42,453 nucleotides of DNA, from IMG/VR virus record IMGVR_UViG_3300028581_000086; one strand, 5' to 3'. Made by a program: the position numbers and the translations under genes. Position 1 is the stretch's first letter. Every line of letters begins with the position of its first letter. The stretch comes from a virus. Positions 24,388 through 34,602 of this stretch are shown in pieces. Under the pieces are notes generated by a model, which was given only the letters and a program-made list of their open reading frames with translations, made no database searches and had not been told where the DNA came from.

Positions 24388-24654
24388 TTATTCTTCAGAC
24401 ATAAGTTTTTTCCACGAATCAGTAGAACTAATTAGTGCCAAATTAACCCCATTTTCCCATTTAACACTAATTATCTTTTCATTTCCATCAGGTTCAAAGG
24501 GGTCAGTCGTTACGTCGGTAACTTTACCAATCGTTCCAGGAGGAACACCAATTTCTCCATCCATGTGATAACACATAACTTTATCTCCAACTTTTAATTC
24601 CGCATTTAATGATCCTTTCATAACAATAAATATATACAATATATTTATATTCAT
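24388..24654 (-). CDS. hypothetical protein
   Basis: KVGDKVMCYHMDGEIGVPPGTIGKVTDVTTDPF...ISVKWENGVNLALI. Confidence 0.6.
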   Translation of the reverse strand: MNINILYIFIVMKGSLNAELKVGDKVMCYHMDGEIGVPPGTIGKVTDVTTDPFEPDGNEKIISVKWENGVNLALISSTDSWKKLMSEE

Positions 24655-25275
24655 ATGGAATTTTTAATTACAGAATCTCAACTAAGAGTACTTCTTCAAG
24701 AAGAAGAAAAATCCCAACTTGGGTTATACGTGAAAAACATGTATGCCTTCACAAAACAAATGTTAAATAAAGTTTTCAAATCTTATGGTATAAACCTAAG
24801 AATGTTGTTGACTTGGGGTACATCAGTTGGAGGTTTGGTTCTTCCTCTTGACCAATATTTGAGAACTCAACATTTAGGTTTGAATGAAGAACAAAGAATG
24901 TTGGTATTAGTGGGAATTATTTTTGCGTTATTTTTTGAGACCAAAAGACCATTCATGAAAATTATGTCCTTGATTAAGGAAAATGGTTTGGAAGATATTT
25001 TTCAGGATGGACTTAGAAAAGGAACACAATTAAGAGATGCATTTACAAACTTTTTATCGTCTGCAAACACAGGAGTTGGAACATTTTTGGAGGCTATCGC
25101 CTACAGTTTCCTAATTCCTATTATTACAGATGTTCAATCCGTATTAGGACAAACAGAGGATATTGAAACCGCGGCAATATTAATTGCTGAAAGATTGTTG
25201 GCAGCAGGAGTTATCTTAGTTGGAAGACAAACTTTGATAGATGTGGTAAAAAATATTTTGAAAAAAATAGGGTAA
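24655..25275 (+). CDS. hydrophobic protein, hypothetical
   Basis: MEFLITESQLRVLLQEEE...; several hydrophobic segments. Confidence 0.65.
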   Translation: MEFLITESQLRVLLQEEEKSQLGLYVKNMYAFTKQMLNKVFKSYGINLRMLLTWGTSVGGLVLPLDQYLRTQHLGLNEEQRMLVLVGIIFALFFETKRPFMKIMSLIKENGLEDIFQDGLRKGTQLRDAFTNFLSSANTGVGTFLEAIAYSFLIPIITDVQSVLGQTEDIETAAILIAERLLAAGVILVGRQTLIDVVKNILKKIG

Positions 25276-25282
25276 CAATACT

Positions 25283-25669
25283 TTAATCTACAAGATTAAC
25301 AACTTCGGTACAAACTAATGGATATTCTATTCCGAAGTAAATCAAAAAATCCGATAATAAATCATTGGTTTTACGAACTACCATATAATAAGATCCACGC
25401 TCGGCAGTTAATGTTCTCTCTCCCTCCAAATCTTTAATTGTTGAAAAATATATATCTGACCCTCCTCCTGATGGTAAAATATAAAGGGTATATTCAATAT
25501 ATTCTTTGTCACTGACTTGTCTATAAATTTTTGTCCCTGTTAATTCCATTTTGAAGTTTGTGTGGAATTTGAAAGATTCATCGGCACCAGGAGGAATCCA
25601 TTCCAAATTGAATGTATGTGTTTCTAAAAATCTATTGATTTTGTTCCATAACGGACTTGATGGTTCCAT
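25283..25669 (-). CDS. hypothetical protein
   Basis: 128-aa ORF. Confidence 0.6.
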   Translation of the reverse strand: MEPSSPLWNKINRFLETHTFNLEWIPPGADESFKFHTNFKMELTGTKIYRQVSDKEYIEYTLYILPSGGGSDIYFSTIKDLEGERTLTAERGSYYMVVRKTNDLLSDFLIYFGIEYPLVCTEVVNLVD

Positions 25670-25789
25670 ATTATTCTAATTCTTCAATTTTGACCACTAA
25701 TTAATATGACCTTTTTATACCTCTGTGCCAAACAAATTTGGGTATGTGAATTTGACTGGCAATTTTCTTTATAATCAAAAATTAAAAAA

Positions 25790-26266
25790 TTATATACCAA
25801 GTTGTTTAACATAACGACCCAAGTTGCATTTCCAATATTTTGGTGTTGCTCTATTTTTATTACCTCGGCATCCACTCACATTTTTATTTTCAAATAAAAT
25901 TTTTTTTACTTGGTTATTTTGTAATCTGACATAAACTGAAAATTTGTTGGTCTCATTTTCAAAAATAAACGGAGCATCAAGATAAATTAATTGACCTTTA
26001 ATCATTACTTTTTTACCCAAATCTGATTCAACTATAGAGGTATCTTCTTCGTTGAGAGTAATCTTCCCTTGTTTCCATAAAGATCTAACTTCATTAATTA
26101 AATCAAAATAAATTTCAGAATATGAATTGAAAATATTATTAGCCAGAGTTAATCCATTATCAACATGGTATTTCAGTGATTCAGAAAGTTCGACAGGTTC
26201 TTTAATAATTAAAGATTTGTTCAAATGGTCTTCTAATGTTTCTTTGATAAGTTCCCTTAAATCCAT
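25790..26266 (-). CDS. hypothetical protein
   Basis: 158-aa ORF. Confidence 0.6.
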   Translation of the reverse strand: MDLRELIKETLEDHLNKSLIIKEPVELSESLKYHVDNGLTLANNIFNSYSEIYFDLINEVRSLWKQGKITLNEEDTSIVESDLGKKVMIKGQLIYLDAPFIFENETNKFSVYVRLQNNQVKKILFENKNVSGCRGNKNRATPKYWKCNLGRYVKQLGI

Positions 26267-26292
26267 TGGTTTGATATTTCTTATAAATACTC

Positions 26293-26910
26293 TTACTCCC
26301 TATTAAATTTTAACTTCCAGTATACCCCTCCCATTACGTATGGGGTGAAACTGCCTGTCACTCCATCGAAAGTTCTATTCGCAACACCTCCACCAAGTTG
26401 GAATATTTTATCATCTTTTGTTTTCAACAAAATACTGGTCCCCAATGAATTAACCCAATCTTGATAACTCAACGCTCCATTCAATCCTATATAAACTTGA
26501 TTCCTAACTTTTGGTGGTTCGGGGGCAGGTTCTCTTACAATTTTTGGTTTAACATTTGCGGTGAAATTTCTGGAGACAACATTATTTTGAGATATGGTGT
26601 CAAACAAATATATGACACCCTGATTATTACTCAACATTATCGTATCCTGTACAAAATTTTTCAAGTAAAAATTTTTTAAGATGAATGCGGTGTCGACTAG
26701 TGGAGTTGGTGCTGGTATTTCAACAATTTTTTCCACTTCAACCTCATATGGTACTTCAACCTCTACTTCGTATGGAACTTCTTGAGGTATTGTATCATAA
26801 ACCAATTTTTCTTCTATTTCAATTTGTGGGGGAACAAAAAATTGTAAGAATATTATTATACCCACCATTATGAGTATTACTATGTGTCTGATGTCAAATA
26901 TCTTTTTCAT
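26293..26910 (-). CDS. membrane-anchored protein with beta-rich C-terminus
   Basis: N-terminal TM segment, VPYEVEVE repeats, C-terminal barrel-like segment. Confidence 0.65.
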   Translation of the reverse strand: MKKIFDIRHIVILIMVGIIIFLQFFVPPQIEIEEKLVYDTIPQEVPYEVEVEVPYEVEVEKIVEIPAPTPLVDTAFILKNFYLKNFVQDTIMLSNNQGVIYLFDTISQNNVVSRNFTANVKPKIVREPAPEPPKVRNQVYIGLNGALSYQDWVNSLGTSILLKTKDDKIFQLGGGVANRTFDGVTGSFTPYVMGGVYWKLKFNRE

Positions 26911-26914
26911 TTTG

Positions 26915-28261
26915 TTATAACATTAATCTTGAACCTATCAAGAAGTTGCTTAGGATTGGGGACTTAGGTTCTGTTGACCCCATTGCTCTGTAATTTAGGC
27001 TTAGTCCAAATCGTTTACTTATTTTGTAGTCGAATGATGAACCTACCAAAAAGGAAAATTGTCTGTTCACTGTAGTTTCACCTGTTCTTGAGTTGTATGA
27101 TATTGGAGAGTTCATCAAGAAAACCTGTGGAGACAGGGTTAGTTTGGTATTGACTACATATGGCTTTGTCCAAAACACAACCGCTGAGGTTGATAGAGCT
27201 AATTTGAATATTCGGTCAATTCTTCTTGTTTCCGTATCAACTTTTGTGTCTCGTAACAATAAAGTTATTACTCCCACGTTATATCCATAGGTTCCATATT
27301 TGGGACTTGGTTTGATGTTGGTGTATCCAACTAATCCCATATAATTTCCTTCCAAATAAGCTGTGGTAACTGAATAAGAATGGATTTGGTTTAATTTTCC
27401 TTGTTGGAAATCCATTTTTGTGTATCCTCCACCTAAGGCAAATTGGTTTAATGTGCTCCAAATCAGGGCATTTGCTCCCCAAGATTCATTTCCCACCAAT
27501 GATGATTGACTAATCCCAAATGATGCGATTGCACTGTATTTGAAATCAGGACCTTGAGTGGTTGTTAAATCTGAGGCAACCAACATTGGATTGACTGGTG
27601 CGACTTTCTTTTTGTTGTCTTTATCTTTTCCATCGGAATTATCATCTCCACCTTCTTCAGAATCACCACCCTCAGACCCACCGTCGTCTGAACCTCCTTC
27701 TTCAGATCCTCCTTCACTCGAGCTTGATTCACTTGAACTTGATTCACTTGATTTTGACTCACTTGAACTTGAGGATGAAGATGATTCTGTCGATGAGGAT
27801 TGTGATGATGAACTTGAACTTGAGGATGAGGAAGTGGGTGTTGAACTTGCCGCTGACGATGATGCGGTGGAGGATGCAGTTGAAGATGCCGCAGATGAAG
27901 CCGCAGATGACGCGGCTGAAGAAGCTGCCGATGATGCTGCGGAGGACGCTGCGTTTGCCGCGGCTTGTGATACTGCTTGTGTAACTGTTTGTGTTACAAC
28001 AACACTTACAGGACACGGGGCTGAAAAAATACTATTTATCCAAGTCGTTACTTCACCTGAAGTAAATTGTTGATAATTAAATATTTTTGATTTGCTTCTG
28101 ACTATAACTAATACACCATTGTTTGATTGTATTGGTATAGATACAACATAGGTTTTTGAATCACAGGGGTCAATGTAAGTTTGAGTTACGACTTGCCCCT
28201 GTGATTCGCTGATGAAAAACATCACAAAAAATAATATTATCAATATTTTTATACTTTTCAA
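26915..28261 (-). CDS. exported protein with Ala/Ser repeat linker and beta-barrel-like C-terminal domain
   Basis: Signal peptide, (AASS)n then poly-Ser/Glu/Gly/Asp, C-terminal alternating hydrophobic beta segments. Confidence 0.75.
   Translation of the reverse strand: MKSIKILIILFFVMFFISESQGQVVTQTYIDPCDSKTYVVSIPIQSNNGVLVIVRSKSKIFNYQQFTSGEVTTWINSIFSAPCPVSVVVTQTVTQAVSQAAANAASSAASSAASSAASSAASSAASSTASSTASSSAASSTPTSSSSSSSSSSQSSSTESSSSSSSSESKSSESSSSESSSSEGGSEEGGSDDGGSEGGDSEEGGDDNSDGKDKDNKKKVAPVNPMLVASDLTTTQGPDFKYSAIASFGISQSSLVGNESWGANALIWSTLNQFALGGGYTKMDFQQGKLNQIHSYSVTTAYLEGNYMGLVGYTNIKPSPKYGTYGYNVGVITLLLRDTKVDTETRRIDRIFKLALSTSAVVFWTKPYVVNTKLTLSPQVFLMNSPISYNSRTGETTVNRQFSFLVGSSFDYKISKRFGLSLNYRAMGSTEPKSPILSNFLIGSRLML
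27690..27975 (-). repeat. Low-complexity Ser/Ala/Glu/Gly-coding repeat tract
   Basis: Tandem AASSAASS... and SSSS codon repeats. Confidence 0.85.
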
Positions 28262-28282
28262 TTTTCATCAGTTTCAAATAAA

Positions 28283-29005
28283 TTATTCTGTAAAGATTCC
28301 TTTCTTAATCATTCTATCCAAAATTCTGGCACAAGCAATATCAAGAGCCTTTTTGGTCGCGATTGATATAGTAGATTGATTAAATTTGACTTCGTCTACT
28401 GTTGCGTCTGACAAAAGTGTTAATTCTCTTGTAGTGGTTGCTTCACCAAGACCTGATGCCCCAAAAACAACACCTGTCTCAGCATTTGTGAATCTAACCT
28501 GAAGACCAATTCTTGTCACCATCATATTTTTCACTCCGTCTTTTAGATTTACAGTTTCATCTTCGGAAATTGAATAATCATAACATTCGATGGTCACAAA
28601 ATATTCTGCAAGATTGATTTTACCAAATCCATCAAGTTGGTTCTCTGAAATACCCGCTTGAGATGCTTGGAATTGTTTCACCATTCTATTCTTAATCTCT
28701 GTCTTGTCCTCAGTGAATTTGAATCTATTAAGATTCTCAAGGTATTCCATTGAAATGTTAGCAACTCCAAGCCCAACTCTCTTTTCCTTTAATTCAGGAT
28801 ACATCTCATACATTTCGTCTGAAATACCTGCTTTAAGAATCTGAATTGGAATTTGAGGGCCGTCGTAATCTAAAAATTGACTTATGTCGATTGCGGTTTC
28901 GAACGATGCCTTATATTGCTCAGTTTTTGTACTTCCCACAGTTTGGGAAAACGCCAATATTTGTACTATCAGTACAAATATTGGCGTTAAAATAAACTTT
29001 TTCAT
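28283..29005 (-). CDS. CsgG-like (curli assembly type) exported protein
   Basis: Signal peptide; VGLGVANISMEYLENLNRFKFTEDKTEIKNRMVKQFQASQAGI and IGLQVRFTNAETGVVFGASGLGEATT resemble Bacteroidota CsgG-type proteins. Confidence 0.6.
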   Translation of the reverse strand: MKKFILTPIFVLIVQILAFSQTVGSTKTEQYKASFETAIDISQFLDYDGPQIPIQILKAGISDEMYEMYPELKEKRVGLGVANISMEYLENLNRFKFTEDKTEIKNRMVKQFQASQAGISENQLDGFGKINLAEYFVTIECYDYSISEDETVNLKDGVKNMMVTRIGLQVRFTNAETGVVFGASGLGEATTTRELTLLSDATVDEVKFNQSTISIATKKALDIACARILDRMIKKGIFTE

Positions 29006-29036
29006 ATTGAATCTAAGTTATTCCTCAATTTGTTTA

Positions 29037-29198
29037 TTAAGGTCTATGTGGCCAAGCCCAACCTTTTTTCTTACCTCTTAACATCAAGTAAGTCACTCCT
29101 CCGAAGAAGATTAACAAATACAATGATGGTGAACTAAATACAAACATGGCAACTATCAATAATGACAGGAATACCATAAAACTTAAAAATTGTTCCAT
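29037..29198 (-). CDS. small membrane protein
   Basis: Translated by eye: MEQFLSFMVFLSLLIVAMFVFSSPSLYLLIFFGGVTYLMLRGKKKGWAWPHRP. Confidence 0.55.
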   Translation of the reverse strand: MEQFLSFMVFLSLLIVAMFVFSSPSLYLLIFFGGVTYLMLRGKKKGWAWPHRP

Positions 29199-29203
29199 AA
29201 TTT

Positions 29204-29530
29204 TTACCATTTTGGAGCGGTTTCTTTGAACTCGTCTCCTTCTTTTTTCTTAGGTTTATCTGCCGCAGCAGGTTGTGATGATGGTTGACTTGATTTTTCT
29301 CTGATAATCACAGTTTCTTTACCACCAGATTGTTGCTGTTGGTTGTTATTGTTGATGATAATTGGTGTTTGTTGTTGGACAGGTGTTACAGCCGCTTCTT
29401 CATCTCCACCGATGAATTTACTTGTCATAACACCACCAGCACCTAACACCGCAGTAGTCAACAATCCGATGATTGTTTTCTTTAGCCCTGTCCATGTCCC
29501 ATCATTATGGTCTTCTGTTTCTTCACTCAT
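29204..29530 (-). CDS. hypothetical membrane protein with Gln/Asn-rich linker
   Basis: TM helix then NNNNQQQQ, Ser/Pro-rich tail. Confidence 0.65.
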   Translation of the reverse strand: MSEETEDHNDGTWTGLKKTIIGLLTTAVLGAGGVMTSKFIGGDEEAAVTPVQQQTPIIINNNNQQQQSGGKETVIIREKSSQPSSQPAAADKPKKKEGDEFKETAPKW

Positions 29531-29550
29531 ATTATTTTAGTTTAGTTGGT

Positions 29551-29907
29551 TTATTTTATTATTATTGGATATTTTACTTCTTTACCTGAGATGTCTATGA
29601 AGATTATATCATAATACCCAGCAGATTCTTTTGATAAGTCAAACACTCTTTGTGTTGTGTTATTAATTGCTGTAAATCCCTCTTTTTTAATTGGTGTTTC
29701 TTGACCAAATGGGATTATTTGTACCGAATATTTTGAGCCAATAGTCGTCTCGAATTCCATGATTACTATATTATCATTTTGGAAAACAGATTTTATACTG
29801 GTCGTAGTTGATTCAACACCTAAATTGATTACTTGTAATTCATCATCGTATGGGTTCATACATCCCTGTAACAAAAGACATCCGAGTATAATTAATATTT
29901 TTTTCAT
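29551..29907 (-). CDS. lipoprotein, hypothetical
   Basis: MKKILIILGCLLLQGCMNP. Confidence 0.7.
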   Translation of the reverse strand: MKKILIILGCLLLQGCMNPYDDELQVINLGVESTTTSIKSVFQNDNIVIMEFETTIGSKYSVQIIPFGQETPIKKEGFTAINNTTQRVFDLSKESAGYYDIIFIDISGKEVKYPIIIK

Positions 29908-29908
29908 C

Positions 29909-32032
29909 TTAGAAATTGTTATATCCTGTTAATTTTATTTGGGTTGTGTTCAAATTGATTCCTAATTGATTTCCCTTCACAGCACTTGCGTCCATAGTTG
30001 GAGAAACTTTAATTGAGGTCAAAATATCAACTCCATTTCCGATGGTAGAAAACTTCAATTTGAAAGGGATTGATGTTCCATTTATTGGAGTTTTTTCACC
30101 TTGGTCTATTGCTCCAAATTTAATTTTTCCGTCTACTGAATTCACAAACAAATACCATGTGTTTGGTATGTTGGGTGATAATTCTTCGAATTTTATCTTG
30201 GTCGGATCGTAATCAAATTGAAACTGTAATCCTGTCACAAAATTTCCATTTGTTGTGACATTAACTGGAATTTCTATATTATTAGATGTTACAGTTACGT
30301 TTGATAGATTAACATCGATAGATGGCACCGTATTAGGGGTGTTAATAAATGACTCCGTAGACATGGTTCTAAACGCAGTGTTAGACTTCAAACTATTTGA
30401 TGCTCTACTTACTACTGAGGCAACTCCATTATTACTTACCACAACTTGCGATGAGTGAGAACGATTCACATCTCCCCATAAAAGATATTTCAAGTCCAAT
30501 GTTGTGTTTGTTCCAATAGTCCCTGTTTTAATATAAGTTTTAGGGAAATCGAAAGAATTCCAATTAGTTGTTGTTATTGCTCCCCAAGAATTTGATGGTG
30601 AGTCATTAAATGTAAATTCCGCTCTTAACCCAAAGTCTGGTCCTCCATTGATATTTCTTATGTATGGAGTGTAAGTTGACGTACCTATAGATATACCAGA
30701 TGGTATTCTAAATGTCGCCCAAGTTCCGTCCTTCGAAACGAACTCTACAGGTCCAACATACAAATCAAATATTTGGAGTGACTTTATTTTTTCAGGTGTA
30801 TAAGTCGCATCAAATTCTCTCATATCAACCAATATTCTGGATACATTTTGAGAATAATGATTTGGTGTAATTATCGCCCACTCAACTTGACCTGCAATAG
30901 TTGTTGCATCGGTCGACATCCATGTTGGTAGACTCATATAACCACCACTACCTTGTGTATATCCATTTGGAACGGTTACTAAAGCATCAATGCCTACGAC
31001 TTGTGATAATAATCTTGGTAGATCTCCAGCATCGATTGTTTTGTCTCTATTAATATCCGCGGCGTATAATGATTGGCCAGTGTTTATGGTTTCACCTTTA
31101 GTACCTAATAGTCCCATCGTTAGAAATTCACTTTGTGCTGAAGTAAAATCGGAAATTGTAATGGAACCATTATAAATCGCATTCAATTTATCTAATTCAT
31201 GCATTACCGAAACTTCATAAACTTTGTTTTCAGATAACAAAGACTGATTAATATCAACATTTCCATTTGATAAGACATTGAATTGTTGACCAGTATTCGT
31301 CAACGTATCTCTAAAGGATACTCTAAGGTTTGTTAAATTAAGTAAGTTAGAATTAACATCAACTTTTGCTGTGACTAATTTTCCTGTGTTTTGATTTAGT
31401 ATTACATCGGTTGAAAGGGGTGAATCCATAATTGTTGGGATTATTGCTCCTGAACCGTTCCACGCAGCGACAAAGTTTAATCTTACAGGATTAAATGAAG
31501 TTGCGGTTGAAGTTGTTTTTACTCTAAACCTCATTGTTACAAATTGTGATGGACTTGTACCTGTAACTCCTGTGGAACTAGCCCAAGTCAATATAATTCT
31601 TATAATAGAGTTTGAACTATTTTGGTTAAAAGTATAATTTAACCCACTCTGAAACCTGGTACTACCATTTGTACTTGTGGTATTTCCTGCGTATCCATAA
31701 CCAGGATAATTTTGAAACGACAATTGCGGGTTCGAATTCAGTGGGAGAATACCTCCATTAGCAACAGTTCCTGTATGATTTATTGAAACTATATCAAAGT
31801 TTGTGATATCAAATTGAACGTCAAATAGTAATTGCCTTGTCTGTGTATCTCCATTACCATTTGCCATTACAACAACGTCAAATTGATCTCCTCTATCAAT
31901 TACACCACCGTTCAAATCGGTGAGAGTTCCTGTATCAGGGAATCTAAACCTCATGTTGGATTGCCCGAAAGAGGCAAACGACATCAATAAAAGTGATAAT
32001 AATAATATTTTTTTCATTTTAGTTTGTTTCAA
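29909..32032 (-). CDS. large secreted protein with dockerin-like and cohesin-like segments
   Basis: Signal peptide; AADINRDKTIDAGDLPRLLSQVVG (dockerin/EF-like); C-terminal IPVNVTTNGNFVTGLQFQFDYDPTKIKFEEL (cohesin-like). Confidence 0.7.
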   Translation of the reverse strand: MKQTKMKKILLLSLLLMSFASFGQSNMRFRFPDTGTLTDLNGGVIDRGDQFDVVVMANGNGDTQTRQLLFDVQFDITNFDIVSINHTGTVANGGILPLNSNPQLSFQNYPGYGYAGNTTSTNGSTRFQSGLNYTFNQNSSNSIIRIILTWASSTGVTGTSPSQFVTMRFRVKTTSTATSFNPVRLNFVAAWNGSGAIIPTIMDSPLSTDVILNQNTGKLVTAKVDVNSNLLNLTNLRVSFRDTLTNTGQQFNVLSNGNVDINQSLLSENKVYEVSVMHELDKLNAIYNGSITISDFTSAQSEFLTMGLLGTKGETINTGQSLYAADINRDKTIDAGDLPRLLSQVVGIDALVTVPNGYTQGSGGYMSLPTWMSTDATTIAGQVEWAIITPNHYSQNVSRILVDMREFDATYTPEKIKSLQIFDLYVGPVEFVSKDGTWATFRIPSGISIGTSTYTPYIRNINGGPDFGLRAEFTFNDSPSNSWGAITTTNWNSFDFPKTYIKTGTIGTNTTLDLKYLLWGDVNRSHSSQVVVSNNGVASVVSRASNSLKSNTAFRTMSTESFINTPNTVPSIDVNLSNVTVTSNNIEIPVNVTTNGNFVTGLQFQFDYDPTKIKFEELSPNIPNTWYLFVNSVDGKIKFGAIDQGEKTPINGTSIPFKLKFSTIGNGVDILTSIKVSPTMDASAVKGNQLGINLNTTQIKLTGYNNF

Positions 32033-32513
32033 ATAATTTAGTTACCAAGTTATCGCTCGCTTTCTTTAGAGCATTACTTAATGATTGTTGATTGAAGTTT
32101 CCTCCACCGTCGACAATAAGAGTTGACATGGATATTTCGGAAGATTCTTCCTCCGCAATAACTTCCTTGAGTTTTTTTCCATCGATTTTTAGAACTCCTT
32201 TCAATCTGATTACAACAGATTCTTTGTCTTTGTGAAATACAGAGACATTCGACTTGGTTTTTAGTACATCCAAGTAGATAATTTCAATAGATAATTTTTG
32301 ATTGGAGTCGGGATTTAGGTCGAAATTTTTTTCTTGTAAAAATTCCTCCGTGATGTTTCTCACACCGAATTCTAAATTTCTGTTTCCTGCGAGATTTCCT
32401 ATTTGAATCTTGTTTACAACAGATTCAACCCATATTTCATTAGTAGTTTTTGTATTGTCGTGAGGCATTATGTATAGCATAATGCTAGTTACGAAGAGCA
32501 ACAGTATTTTCAT
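32019..32513 (-). CDS. exported hypothetical protein, possibly CsgG-fold related
   Basis: Signal-like N-terminus; overlaps following gene by 14 nt. Confidence 0.55.
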   Translation of the reverse strand: MKILLLFVTSIMLYIMPHDNTKTTNEIWVESVVNKIQIGNLAGNRNLEFGVRNITEEFLQEKNFDLNPDSNQKLSIEIIYLDVLKTKSNVSVFHKDKESVVIRLKGVLKIDGKKLKEVIAEEESSEISMSTLIVDGGGNFNQQSLSNALKKASDNLVTKLFETN

Positions 32514-32636
32514 TCGATAGTATCTTGGTATTCATAAATATCACAAAATTTAATTTTGTCTTAAATTTTTAGTTTATGTTATGATGAATATTTTATTGAG
32601 TTTAGATGATATTTATCAATATAAAAATAAATTACT

Positions 32637-33464
32637 ATGATACTAAAGAACGGGTCTAAAGGGGAAGACGTTAAAAAACTCCAAGCAAAATTAGGTTTGG
32701 GAGCCGATGGTGTATTCGGTTCTGGTACAGAAGCTGCGGTAAAAAAGTGGCAAGCTGCTAATGGATTAACCGCTGACGGCATTGTTGGTGAAGGTACTTG
32801 GGCAAAGATGTTCGGAGAGAAACAATTAATTACAGAACCATCGACTCCAGTCGTAAACGCAGGCCCCTTGAAGTTAGAAAATCTAAAAGGTCATATTCCT
32901 GATGCGGTAATCGCACAGATTCCTGACGCTGCGAAAAAATTCAACATTTCAAATCCACTAAGATTGGCACACTTTTTGGCTCAGTGTGGACACGAATCTG
33001 CAGGATTCAAAGCAATTCAAGAAAATCTTAACTATTCTGCGGATGGTTTGAAAAAAATATTCCCAAAGTATTTTCCTGGAAACTTAGCGGAAGGTTACGC
33101 TAAAAACCCTGAAAAAATCGCTTCAAAAGTTTATGGAAGTAGAATGGGTAATGGAGATGAGACAACCAAAGAAGGTTACAAATTTAGAGGACGCGGCTAT
33201 ATCCAGTTGACAGGAAAGGATAACTACACAAAATTCGCCAAATTTATCGGTGAAGATACTGTTGGAAATCCCGATTTAGTAGCAACAAAATATCCTTTGG
33301 CTTCTGCAGCATTTTTCTTTGACTCAAATAAATTGTGGGCAATTTGTGATAAAGGAGCTGATGACGCAACTGTAACTGCGGTAACGAAACGAGTTAATGG
33401 AGGTACAATTGGAATTTCTGATAGAATCAAACACTTCAAAGAATATTTCGGATTGTTGAAATAA
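32637..33464 (+). CDS. endolysin: peptidoglycan-binding domain plus GH19-type lysozyme/chitinase
   Basis: LKNGSKGEDVKKLQAKLGLGADGVFGSGTEAAVKKWQ; LAHFLAQCGHESAGFK, YKFRGRGYIQLTGKDNY. Confidence 0.9.
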   Translation: MILKNGSKGEDVKKLQAKLGLGADGVFGSGTEAAVKKWQAANGLTADGIVGEGTWAKMFGEKQLITEPSTPVVNAGPLKLENLKGHIPDAVIAQIPDAAKKFNISNPLRLAHFLAQCGHESAGFKAIQENLNYSADGLKKIFPKYFPGNLAEGYAKNPEKIASKVYGSRMGNGDETTKEGYKFRGRGYIQLTGKDNYTKFAKFIGEDTVGNPDLVATKYPLASAAFFFDSNKLWAICDKGADDATVTAVTKRVNGGTIGISDRIKHFKEYFGLLK

Positions 33465-33559
33465 GGAAGTTGAAGATAAACCTCAACAATTTTAATTATT
33501 TATTCTTGTGGGTTTCGCAGAGTAAATTTTTATTGTATCTTTGTTGTAAATAAATAACC

Positions 33560-33799
33560 ATGATGACAATGAATATGACTTCCGCAATCAAAGATTTCAA
33601 GTGGGTAATCAAACTACTCAAATCTTCAAAAAGTAAAGAACATCTGGATACAACACTTCGGTGTTTTAATCTTTGGGAAAACAAACACACCAAAGAAATA
33701 CTCACTGATGCGGATGCTGATGCAGTAAAACATATGAGATATCAATTTTGGTGTTTTTTCAAAAATAAAAATTCAAGATTCGGAATCTTAGCAAAGTAA
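33560..33799 (+). CDS. hypothetical protein
   Basis: ORF with coding character. Confidence 0.55.
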   Translation: MMTMNMTSAIKDFKWVIKLLKSSKSKEHLDTTLRCFNLWENKHTKEILTDADADAVKHMRYQFWCFFKNKNSRFGILAK

Positions 33800-33968
33800 A
33801 AAAAAATTACTCTGTGGATACCGTGAACCGAATTTTTTTGAAAATTAATATATTTATTAACACAATCGCTCACAAAGTGAGTGTTCTCATATATCCCTTT
33901 ATTTAAGACCCACATTTTTTGGTGGGTCTTATTTTTTTTACTATATTTGTATATTAAATCTAAAGAAT

Positions 33969-34469
33969 ATGAACTGGCAAAACCTCACTTATCCAATCCG
34001 AAGAAAATATCAACAAATCAAACGAGTAATCGACTTTTTACCGATTATTTGGAATGGATTTGATTTTGATTACACCTATTCAATTCAACTTTTCAAAAAA
34101 CAATTGGAAAGGCAGGCAAAATTCTTTGAGTCAGGTAAATCATATTCAGATAGGGCAAAACAAGATGCTTCAAGAATTAGAACCGCAATTCGTTTAATGG
34201 ATAAAGTTTATAATGAAGAGTATGGTATGGAATGGGTTGATAAACTTGAAGAACGATTTGGTAAAGAAGTATTAGGTTGGGAATTTGAAGATACGGGAGA
34301 TGGTACTGGTTCATCTTTTATTACAAGCAAATACGAAAAATGGGATAATGCTGAGGAAATTAGAAAAGTCAAATTAGAACTTATAAGTAAATCAGACGCA
34401 AAACAAAAGAAAGCTGAACAATTAGTTTGGAAATTTATAGGGCACAATATTCGTTACTGGTGGGATTGA
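33969..34469 (+). CDS. hypothetical protein
   Basis: 166-aa ORF. Confidence 0.7.
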   Translation: MNWQNLTYPIRRKYQQIKRVIDFLPIIWNGFDFDYTYSIQLFKKQLERQAKFFESGKSYSDRAKQDASRIRTAIRLMDKVYNEEYGMEWVDKLEERFGKEVLGWEFEDTGDGTGSSFITSKYEKWDNAEEIRKVKLELISKSDAKQKKAEQLVWKFIGHNIRYWWD

Positions 34470-34470
34470 T

Positions 34471-34602
34471 ATGAAAATATACGAAATTTACGGACAAATC
34501 TATATTTTTCCATTTGTAAAAATAACCCATACCAAAAAACTCAATGGTGATTTAGAACTAATTATTGGTTGGTTAAAATGGGAATTAACAATAAGATTAT
34601 GA
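34471..34602 (+). CDS. hypothetical 43-aa protein
   Basis: Translated by eye: MKIYEIYGQIYIFPFVKITHTKKLNGDLELIIGWLKWELTIRL; ATGA overlap with next gene. Confidence 0.55.
   Translation: MKIYEIYGQIYIFPFVKITHTKKLNGDLELIIGWLKWELTIRL

Noticed and set aside
27558-28073. Long plus-strand and alternative-frame ORFs in the Ser/Ala region
   Set aside because: Artefacts of low-complexity antisense repeats.
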